Source of the DNA: Hadesarchaea archaeon
Lineage (GTDB): Archaea; Hadarchaeota; Hadarchaeia; Hadarchaeales; Hadarchaeaceae
Direction of reading: 5' to 3'
Length of the DNA: 24,000 bases
Assembly (NCBI GenBank): GCA_029259175.1
Contig: JAPDJH010000004.1
Coordinates: forward strand, 163,645 to 187,644
Below are positions 15,597 to 22,350 of the stretch, one piece after another. Position 1 is the first letter of the stretch; each line of letters opens with the position of its first letter. The notes under the pieces were generated by a model. The model was not told the origin of the DNA. It ran no database searches and was given only the letters and a program-made list of their open reading frames with translations. A program made the position numbers and the translations under genes.

Positions 15597-16787
15597 ATGG
15601 AAAGCCCCTCCGCAAATCTCGTGCAGCAGGCTTTTCGAGAAAACCGGGAGCTCGCCCTCCGTTTGAGATCTCTCATCGATAGGCGCGGCACCGAAGTCGT
15701 GAAAAAAATGGGACTCGATCGAATCAAGATCATGAACTTCTGCGGGACCCACGAATGGACGACCGTGCACTACGGGCTCCGGTCCTTCCTACCCCCTTTT
15801 ATAGAGCTCGTTGCTGGCCCGGGCTGTCCCGTGTGCGTCACGCCCGGACACTACGTGCAAGAGGCTGTAAAGCTGGCAATGGACGGCGTAATAGTCTACA
15901 CCTATGGGGACTCCTTCAAGCTGAGGAGCACTTCAGGCCCCGGACCGCAGAGCTTGGCGGAAGCGCGGGCATCCGGGGGCGAGGTCCGGGTTGTGTACAG
16001 TTTCTTGGACGCCATAAGAGATGCGAAAAAACACGGAAAGCCATCTGTGTTCTTCGGTGTTGGATTCGAGACCACTGTGCCAGCATATGGATTTCCCCTT
16101 ATTCAAAACCATGTGCCAGAAAATCTGAAGTTTCTCTCCGTCTGCCGGCTGACACCGCCTGCGATGAAATACACCATCAAGCTGCACCAAGAGCGAGGCC
16201 TCCTGCCTATTTCTGGGGTCATCGCACCTGGACACGTGTCAACCATCATAGGTGCTGGAGAATGGGAGTTCCTCCCACGCGATTATTGTATGCCCACGGT
16301 AGTCGCCGGATTTGAACCGCTCGATGTTTTGATCGCTATCGCTCGGATTCTACAAATGGTGAAGAACAAGAAACCGGCCGTGGCGAATGAATACAGTCGC
16401 CTCGTACGCTGGGACGGAAACCCTGAAGCGAAGAAGGTGATCGAAGAAGTATTTGTTCCGACGTTTGCAGCGTGGCGCGGAATGGGATTCATTCCAAGGA
16501 GCGGACTCAGGCTCCGAGACCGGTATCAAAAACACGACGCATTTGTTCATTTCGGGATTAAGGATGTCGAACCGTCTAAATACGCGTTCACCCATGCGCA
16601 CTATGGGAGCCCGCCCGAAGCCGATTTGCCGCCCAACTGCAAGTGCGGCGAAGTCGTGACAGGCATATCGAAACCGACTGACTGTCCGCTGTTCATGCGT
16701 GGATGCACCCCCTCCAATCCGTGGGGGCCGTGCATGGTCTCCGTAGAAGGAACATGCATGATCTGGGCCAGGGAAAGGGGAGGATAA
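15597..16787 (+). CDS. hypD: [NiFe]-hydrogenase maturation protein HypD
   Basis: FCGTHEWT, GPGCPVCVTP, GFETT and PGHVS motifs, plus the C-terminal CKCGEV...CPLF..C...GPCMVSVEGTC. Confidence 0.9.
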   Translation: MESPSANLVQQAFRENRELALRLRSLIDRRGTEVVKKMGLDRIKIMNFCGTHEWTTVHYGLRSFLPPFIELVAGPGCPVCVTPGHYVQEAVKLAMDGVIVYTYGDSFKLRSTSGPGPQSLAEARASGGEVRVVYSFLDAIRDAKKHGKPSVFFGVGFETTVPAYGFPLIQNHVPENLKFLSVCRLTPPAMKYTIKLHQERGLLPISGVIAPGHVSTIIGAGEWEFLPRDYCMPTVVAGFEPLDVLIAIARILQMVKNKKPAVANEYSRLVRWDGNPEAKKVIEEVFVPTFAAWRGMGFIPRSGLRLRDRYQKHDAFVHFGIKDVEPSKYAFTHAHYGSPPEADLPPNCKCGEVVTGISKPTDCPLFMRGCTPSNPWGPCMVSVEGTCMIWARERGG

Positions 16788-16789
16788 AA

Positions 16790-17575
16790 ATGTGCCTAGG
16801 AGTGCCAGCGCGTGTAGAAGAGGTGCGCGGAATCACAGCGATTGCAGATTTTGGAGGGATCAAACGTGAAATCTTGGTCGGAGTGAAAGATTTGCAGCCG
16901 GGCGATCTGGTGATGGTTCATGCGGGAATGGCTATCGGCAAGCTCACGGAGGAAGCCGTGATAGAAAATCTAATGGTGTACAAAGAGCTTTTCGTTGCCG
17001 AGTCCTTGATGCGGGGGGAAAGCGAGGAAAGTGCAAAAAGAACCGCTGAGAAAGAAATAGAGAAAATTCTGGAAGAGTTGGGAGTGGAAAAACCCATGAT
17101 CAAAGAAACAGAGGACGTCAGAACAGCCGAGCAGGTGGAAACGCCCATTCCGCCCAATGCGTTCAAGCGCAGGTATCGGGCCTCGCTCTCTGATACGGAC
17201 TACCTGCAAGTGATGCACTACACCAACTATCTGCGCTATTGTGAGCGCGCACAACAAGAGCTGCTGGACTCTATAGGGTTCGGGTACGCCAAGCTGATCC
17301 ACCAACACGGTCTTTTCATCCCTACTGTTGAAACCTCTATCAGGCTCAAGGGACCCATCAGGCTGGACAACGAATTTGAGGTTGCCGTGTGGGTGGAAGA
17401 AATCGGTCGAAAACACATCCGCTTTAAAAACGTGATAAGGAACCTCACGTCTAACAAGATTGTGGCCGAAGCAACGACCATAGCGGTCTGCACCGACATC
17501 AGTCTGATGGAGGGGATGGAGCTTCCGGCAGAACTGGTGGAAAAACTCAGGCCATACATGGAGGGTGCGAAATGA
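16790..17575 (+). CDS. HypC-family chaperone fused to a 4HBT/YbgC-type hotdog thioesterase domain (261 aa)
   Basis: The start is at the ATG at 16790, 2 nt after the hypD stop and preceded by GGGAAAGGGGAGGA. The N-terminus MCLGVPARVEEV...GDLVMVHAGMAI is a hallmark HypC domain (Cys2, His). An acidic linker covers about aa 75-125. The C-terminal part is RRYRASLSDTDYLQVMHYTNYLRYCERAQQELLDSIGFGYAKLIHQHGLFIPTVETSIRLKGPIRLDNEFEVAVWVEEIGRKHIRFKN, which is the 4-hydroxybenzoyl-CoA thioesterase pattern including the DTD Asp. Confidence 0.85.
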   Translation: MCLGVPARVEEVRGITAIADFGGIKREILVGVKDLQPGDLVMVHAGMAIGKLTEEAVIENLMVYKELFVAESLMRGESEESAKRTAEKEIEKILEELGVEKPMIKETEDVRTAEQVETPIPPNAFKRRYRASLSDTDYLQVMHYTNYLRYCERAQQELLDSIGFGYAKLIHQHGLFIPTVETSIRLKGPIRLDNEFEVAVWVEEIGRKHIRFKNVIRNLTSNKIVAEATTIAVCTDISLMEGMELPAELVEKLRPYMEGAK

Positions 17576-17883
17576 GGGTGAAGGTGAGGCTGTTCGCGAA
17601 CTTCAGAGAGGTGATGGGGACGGGAAATCTCGAAGTTGAAAACGTGCACAATATCGGGGAGCTGCTAAGCAAACTCACCGAGATGAAAAGAGAAATGGAA
17701 AAAGAACTCTACTACCCCGGCACAAAAGAACTCGTAAAAACGGTGCAGATAATGCACAACGGAAAAAACGTCAAATTACCCCAGGGTCTTGAAGCGGAGC
17801 TGAAAGAGGGCGACGAGATTGCAATATTTCCGCCCGTGGCCGGGGGAGAGGGCTCGAACACATCAGCTTCTCATGTCTCTTAA
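17572..17883 (+). CDS. MoaD/ThiS-family ubiquitin-like sulfur carrier encoded as a pro-protein (GG followed by an 11-aa tail)
   Basis: The start overlaps the upstream stop in an ATGA. The C-terminal region DEIAIFPPVAGG is the classic MoaD end, but the ORF continues EGSNTSASHVS before the stop. The last 21 nt overlap the convergent XdhC-like gene. Confidence 0.85.
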   Translation: MRVKVRLFANFREVMGTGNLEVENVHNIGELLSKLTEMKREMEKELYYPGTKELVKTVQIMHNGKNVKLPQGLEAELKEGDEIAIFPPVAGGEGSNTSASHVS

Positions 17884-18660
17884 ACTTCTGCCGCTCGCAT
17901 CCGGTCTGCGCAGTACTTTGATGATTTCAGCCATTATGCTGACGGCGATTTCCGCTGGTGTTTCGGCGCCGATATCGAGACCCACTGGGGCATGAACACG
18001 TTCCAACCACTCTTTGGACACCCCGTCACGCACCAAACGTTCAAAGGTCATCTGGATTCGGGTCCTGCTGGCTAGCCACCCCACATAACGTGCGCGTGAG
18101 CCGGACAGCGCTTTGAGCGCCTCTTCATCTCCTTTGTGTCTCGATGCAATAACCACAAAGGTGTTTTCGTCGACTTCGATCTCGCGCGCGGCTTGTTCAA
18201 TCGGTTTCTGAAGCACTTTCACTCCTTGGAACTCGGAAGGATCAAGCGCAGGATCGACCACTGTGACTTGAAAGCCGTTTCTCTTTCCCAGCTCCGCCAG
18301 CTCGCGTCCCACGTGACCACCGCCGACTATCAAAAGCTTTGGTGGAGGGAGTATGGGCTCGATGTAGAGCCGAACAGTCCCGCCGCATTCCATTCCTACA
18401 CCGCCTCTAGACTCTTCAACCAAATCCAACTCGATCAACTTAGGCTGGCGTGTTCTGAGCACCTCAAGGGCCTCGTTCACCGCACTGCTTTCTATACAAC
18501 CGCCGCCGATGGATCCGATGGTCGAACCGTCTGGAAGAACGAGCATCTTTGCGCCCAGATCACGGGGAGAGGATCCCTTACGCCCGACCACAGTCACTAC
18601 GGCGAAGGGCTTTCCTTCAGCCATCAGTCGTCCCATTTCCGCAAGCACCTTGGGCTCCAT
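17863..18660 (-). CDS. XdhC/CoxI-family accessory protein (XdhC_CoxI N-domain plus Rossmann-like C-domain)
   Basis: FAVVTVVGRKGSSPRDLGAKMLVLPDGSTIGSIGGGCIESS, then LLIVGGGHVGRELAELGKRNGFQVTVVD and PVGLDIGAETPAEIAVSIMAEI. Confidence 0.85.
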   Translation of the reverse strand: MEPKVLAEMGRLMAEGKPFAVVTVVGRKGSSPRDLGAKMLVLPDGSTIGSIGGGCIESSAVNEALEVLRTRQPKLIELDLVEESRGGVGMECGGTVRLYIEPILPPPKLLIVGGGHVGRELAELGKRNGFQVTVVDPALDPSEFQGVKVLQKPIEQAAREIEVDENTFVVIASRHKGDEEALKALSGSRARYVGWLASRTRIQMTFERLVRDGVSKEWLERVHAPVGLDIGAETPAEIAVSIMAEIIKVLRRPDASGRSLRDMRS

Positions 18661-18685
18661 CCATTCTCCTTTTCTTCTAAAATTT

Positions 18686-19120
18686 ATGAGAATAGCGGGC
18701 GGAGATTTATCGGTGCTGATACGTAAACAGGACTACCAGCTCATTGCGGAACACGCACAGAAAGAGGCGCCCAACGAGGCCTGTGGAGCGCTGCTCGGAA
18801 AACACGAAAACGAAAAAATCGTTGTGGAACGAGTCGTGAAGGCAAAAAATATCCGCGAGTCCCCGGTGGAATACGAAATCTCAGCAGAAGAAATCTTGGA
18901 AATCTATAGGCTCGCTGAAGTGCTGGAGCTCGAGGTGGTCGGGTTTTACCACAGCCATCCGTTCCACGGTCCATTGTGGTCAACTGTGGACGACGAGCGT
19001 AGCAAGCTGTGGATCAACCACCTTTTCCTGATTTACTCCGTGGCCCAGAAGGAGGCCAGATGTTACAAACGAGTAGCCGAAAATCGTGTTGAGGAGGAGC
19101 CCATCGAAATCGTTGAATAA
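18686..19120 (+). CDS. JAMM/MPN+ metalloprotease (Mov34 family)
   Basis: The start is taken at the ATG at 18686; the track start at 18509 overlaps the XdhC gene. EACGALLG carries the catalytic Glu, and GFYHSHPFHGPLWSTVD is the HxHx7Sx2D motif. Confidence 0.85.
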   Translation: MRIAGGDLSVLIRKQDYQLIAEHAQKEAPNEACGALLGKHENEKIVVERVVKAKNIRESPVEYEISAEEILEIYRLAEVLELEVVGFYHSHPFHGPLWSTVDDERSKLWINHLFLIYSVAQKEARCYKRVAENRVEEEPIEIVE

Positions 19121-19310
19121 AACACGCCTCTCCTTACTAAGAATTTTTTGGATATGGTGAAAATGTGCGCGTAGTGCTGTGAAAAATCGGGATATGCTTG
19201 TGTGGAATTCAAAGATGACTTCGTTGAGATAAGCTCGGAACGGCAAGACTCTTAAAGGAAGAATGGAGTCTGCTTGTCTCCAAGATTCAGAACGGAAAAC
19301 TCACGGCCCG

Positions 19311-20519
19311 CTAAGCCAGCGATCTGGAGATCTCTTCGACTACTGAAATCAGCCTTTCGATTTCTTCTTTTTTATTGTACAAATAGACCGAAGCCCTCAC
19401 CGATCCCTGCGGTCGGTTCAGCACCTCTCTGTGCAGGGGCATCGCACAGTGGTGGCCCGAGCGCACCATTATTTTGGCAGCGTTATCCAAGGTCGCTGCA
19501 ACATCGTGGGGGCCAAGTCCCTCCACATTAAAAGCCACTATTCCTGTGCGCTTAGAGGGCGGTGGGCCATAGATCTCAACCCGCTCAATCGACGAGAGCC
19601 CATCATACAACTCGCGCGTAAGCTTTCGTTCGTGAGCCGCGATTGCTGTCATCCCGTGAGTGCGCAGATATCTTACCGCTTCAGCCAATCCAATTGTCTC
19701 AGCAATTGGTGGGGTGCCCGCCTCAAAACCTTCAGGCGGTTTAGCCAGCTTGTAACCCTTCGACGAAACCTCATCGATGGTGCCTCCGCCAATAGCTAGC
19801 GGATCGAGTTCTGCCAACGCGTCCGCTCGAGCATAGAGTACTCCTACGCCCGTGGGGCCCAGCATCTTGTGACCGGAGAAAACCAAAAAGTCACAACCCA
19901 GCTTGCGAACACTCACAGGCATGTGCGGCACCGACTGTGCACCGTCTACGAGGACTAGAGCACCATGCTCGTGGGCTATCCGAACCACTTCCTTGACTGG
20001 GAGAACACACCCAAGCACGTTCGACACATGAGTGACCGCCACGAGTTTTGTTTGGTCGGAAACAGCTCGTTCAAAATCATCCAACGAAATCTCCCCCTCA
20101 CGTGATGCGCGTACGAGAACCAAGCGCACACCGCAGTCTTGGGCGAGACGTTGCCATGGAATGAAATTCGAGTGGTGCTCGATAAGTGTTGTAACGATGT
20201 GGTCTCCTCTCTTCCACCGCAATCCTCTCGCTACAGCATTTATTCCCTCTGTAGCATTCTTTGTGAAAATGATTTCCTCTCGTGCCGACGCCGATATGAA
20301 ACGCTGAATCTCTCTGCGGGCCTCTTCCATCTCGTGTGTCGCCCGCTGGGAAAGCCGGTGCACCCCACGTTCCACGTTGGCGCGGTACTCGCGGTAAAAC
20401 GAAAGCATGCGCTCGATCACTGGCTCAGGGGTCAGACTGCTTGCAGCGTTGTCGAGGTATATGATGCCCGTATCGAGAATGGGAAAATCCTTTCTTATCC
20501 GATCTACTCGCAACATCAT
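19311..20519 (-). CDS. sufS: class II (SufS/CsdA-type) cysteine desulfurase
   Basis: YLDNAASSLTP, the PLP-lysine block FLVFSGHKMLGPTGVGVLY, and the group II active-site block RSGHHCAMPL. Confidence 0.9.
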   Translation of the reverse strand: MMLRVDRIRKDFPILDTGIIYLDNAASSLTPEPVIERMLSFYREYRANVERGVHRLSQRATHEMEEARREIQRFISASAREEIIFTKNATEGINAVARGLRWKRGDHIVTTLIEHHSNFIPWQRLAQDCGVRLVLVRASREGEISLDDFERAVSDQTKLVAVTHVSNVLGCVLPVKEVVRIAHEHGALVLVDGAQSVPHMPVSVRKLGCDFLVFSGHKMLGPTGVGVLYARADALAELDPLAIGGGTIDEVSSKGYKLAKPPEGFEAGTPPIAETIGLAEAVRYLRTHGMTAIAAHERKLTRELYDGLSSIERVEIYGPPPSKRTGIVAFNVEGLGPHDVAATLDNAAKIMVRSGHHCAMPLHREVLNRPQGSVRASVYLYNKKEEIERLISVVEEISRSLA

Positions 20520-20559
20520 CTACATCTCCATCTCTGTGATTCAATAAAACTGTAGAGGC

Positions 20560-20848
20560 TGAGGTTCTCTTCGGAAGCCTTGACCTCCGAAGTTGGCGAC
20601 TCTGGGCCGCCTCTAGGGCCGGAACCCACACGGCCCCGTTCCCGGAGCGCTGCTCCAGGAACCTCTTCCCCGGGCCTGTCGATCCACGCAGTTCTGCTTC
20701 CCGCAGAGCGCCACGGACGGTGCGAGAAGCGCTCTCTGGAGTCACCGACCCGGACTTTCCGTAAAGAAGTTTCACTTCCCATTTAAGCTCGTTTCGGGGA
20801 GAGAGGCCGACGAAAGTATTTGCGGGCTCAGAGTTTCAAAGAGAACCA
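20560..20848 (-). ncRNA. rnpB: RNase P RNA (archaeal), ends approximate
   Basis: The minus-strand RNA contains the universal CR-I/P4 5' strand GGAAAGUCCGGG (plus strand 20748-20759 cccggactttcc). P1 is GGUUCUCUUUG pairing with CGAAGAGAACC. P2 is ACUCUGAGCCCGC pairing with GCGGCCCAGAGU. The P4 3' strand is CAAGGCUUC, placed between P2' and P1' exactly as in known RNase P RNAs, with the bulged U. A TATA box lies about 27 nt upstream of the predicted 5' end. The length is about 290 nt. Confidence 0.75.
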
Positions 20849-20861
20849 GAGGCTGAAAATA

Positions 20862-20880
20862 TTTATAACGGCGTTATAAA
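20862..20880. promoter_or_regulatory. palindromic double TATA element (TTTATAACG-G-CGTTATAAA) serving divergent RNase P RNA and the 20893 CDS
   Basis: This is a perfect 19-bp palindrome. Each arm carries a TTATAA box about 25-30 nt from the start of the unit transcribed away from it: the RNase P 5' end at about 20848, and the ATG at 20893 if that transcript is leaderless. Confidence 0.55.
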
Positions 20881-20892
20881 AAATATTTCTCG

Positions 20893-21315
20893 ATGAAGCT
20901 CCTGATGCTTCACTGTGATTACTTCTCATTCGCCACCACCCAGCCAACCAAGTTTGCCGAGCAAGTGGGTGAAGAATGCAAGAGTTGCGGTATAAAGGAC
21001 ACGCTTGTGATCTTCACCACCGTCGAGCGCAAGGACGAGCGCGACCCTAAGGCCGTTGTGGAATGCGCCGTGCACGAAATAAACACCACCACCAAACGCT
21101 TGGGTGTGAGAAAACTGATAGTATATCCCTTCGTCCACCTCTCAGCCGAAGCTGGAAGCCCCCAAGCCGCAAAACACATAATCGACACGTTATACCAACA
21201 ACTACAGAGCGCCGGATACGAGGTCAAGAAAGCACCTTTCGGATGGGAAAAAGTGTTCTCGCTGACTTCCAAAGGACACCCCCTGTCAGAGTCTTTCAAA
21301 ACCATTGAAGTTTAA
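20893..21315 (+). CDS. free-standing archaeal ThrRS N-terminal editing-domain homologue (DTD-like fold)
   Basis: MKLLMLHCDYFSF..., LIVYPFVHLSAEAGSPQAA and KKAPFGWEKVFSLTSKGHPLSESFKTI parallel the Pyrococcus ThrRS N-terminal editing domain as I recall it ([49 protein letters not shown]). The ORF ends after 140 aa, with no synthetase or anticodon-binding domain. Confidence 0.7.
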   Translation: MKLLMLHCDYFSFATTQPTKFAEQVGEECKSCGIKDTLVIFTTVERKDERDPKAVVECAVHEINTTTKRLGVRKLIVYPFVHLSAEAGSPQAAKHIIDTLYQQLQSAGYEVKKAPFGWEKVFSLTSKGHPLSESFKTIEV

Positions 21316-21965
21316 CTCACGAATTCGCCCAAGAGCGAAATCCCAACCACTGCATCCTCCTTTGTTGGGGACTCGACAATGAATCGAAACACAAAATATG
21401 CCGCGCGCTTCCTATCTTGGAGTTTCATCGCGTGCGCCAAGAGTTCTCCAGCCGGCAAGCGCTCAACCCTCACGGCTTGTTTCCCTTTTGAGCATTTACC
21501 ACACCTATCGGTTGCGCATTCAAGCGCTGGGCGCTTGCACACGTCGCAGAGAGCTGCCGCCCACACGAGCCGAGACACGCGATTGGCCGTCCGCAGTATA
21601 TCACTACGATCCACGCACCTCTGAATCTTGAGCTTTCCGTTCCGGAACACGCTGATCTCACGGCCTTTCCACACGAACTTTGCTACGCCAAGGTTGGAAC
21701 TGCACTTAAACTGTGAAAATCCCAAGGCCGCGCTTTCGAGGATCTTGCAGAGCGTGTCGCCGTCGAAAAAATCCTTTTCGAGATCCTCGGACAGCTCCAC
21801 ATCGGCCATGAGCTTTCCCCGCTCTGACGCGCACGGGTGCACGTAAAGAAGTGCTTGCTTCCTGATTTTCAAAAGCTCGCCAATCTCCAAACCCTTGCGC
21901 AACACACATCCATCCACGTATCGGGGAATCACAAGTTCAGGCACTTGCGCCACCGCTCTTTGCAC
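21312..21965 (-). CDS. Cys-rich hypothetical protein (217 aa), last gene of the HTH-iscS-iscU operon
   Basis: The ORF has a GTG start that overlaps the iscU 3' end. It contains the cluster CDVCKRPALECATDRCGKC (Cx2Cx6Cx4Cx2C) plus five further Cys. I recognise no family. Confidence 0.5.
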   Translation of the reverse strand: MQRAVAQVPELVIPRYVDGCVLRKGLEIGELLKIRKQALLYVHPCASERGKLMADVELSEDLEKDFFDGDTLCKILESAALGFSQFKCSSNLGVAKFVWKGREISVFRNGKLKIQRCVDRSDILRTANRVSRLVWAAALCDVCKRPALECATDRCGKCSKGKQAVRVERLPAGELLAHAMKLQDRKRAAYFVFRFIVESPTKEDAVVGISLLGEFVS

Positions 21966-22350
21966 GATACTCCTGCAGCGCCTTTTTCAAGGTCTTATAC
22001 GCCAGGACGGCACAGTGCATCTTGAGTGCTGGCAGTCCGCCAAGCGCATCGGTGATTTGTTTAATGGTGAGTTTCTCCGCTTCCTCGACACTCTTGCCTT
22101 TGATAAGTTCGGTGGTCATAGAACCCGTGGCTATGTTCGCCGCGCATCCGAACGACAGAAACTTGGCGTCGACGATTTTGTTGTTCTCGATTCTCAGAAA
22201 CATCTTGAACATGTCTCCGCACTGCGGGTCTCCCTCTACCGCCACCACTGTGGGATCCTTCATTTCTCCCATGTTCTTTGGATTCCGAAAGAGTTCGAGA
22301 ACTTTTTCCGTGTACCTCAGCAAACTGCGCTCGGTGTATTCGGCTGGCAT
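21937..22350 (-). CDS. iscU: IscU/NifU-N-type Fe-S scaffold
   Basis: The start is at the ATG at 22350, overlapping the iscS stop as TGATG. The three scaffold Cys are in their usual contexts (GDPQCGDMF, SFGCAANIA, LKMHCAVLA). Confidence 0.9.
   Translation of the reverse strand: MPAEYTERSLLRYTEKVLELFRNPKNMGEMKDPTVVAVEGDPQCGDMFKMFLRIENNKIVDAKFLSFGCAANIATGSMTTELIKGKSVEEAEKLTIKQITDALGGLPALKMHCAVLAYKTLKKALQEYRAKSGGASA

Noticed and set aside
19121-19310. Convergent intergenic region between JAMM and sufS, considered as an ncRNA or sRNA locus
   Set aside because: Only a T-run (about 19143-19148) consistent with termination was seen. There are no conserved box motifs or stable structure that I could justify by eye.
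20425-20786. Track ORFs 20425..20775(-), 20516..20782(-) and 20580..20786(+) as protein-coding genes; also SRP (7S) RNA as an alternative identity, because of a CAGGCCCGG...AGCA stretch
   Set aside because: The translations are low-complexity, R/S/P/G-rich and mutually overlapping. The region is better explained by RNase P RNA. The GGAAAGUCCGGG motif and the P1-P2-...-P2'-P4'-P1' strand order are specific to RNase P and not to SRP RNA.
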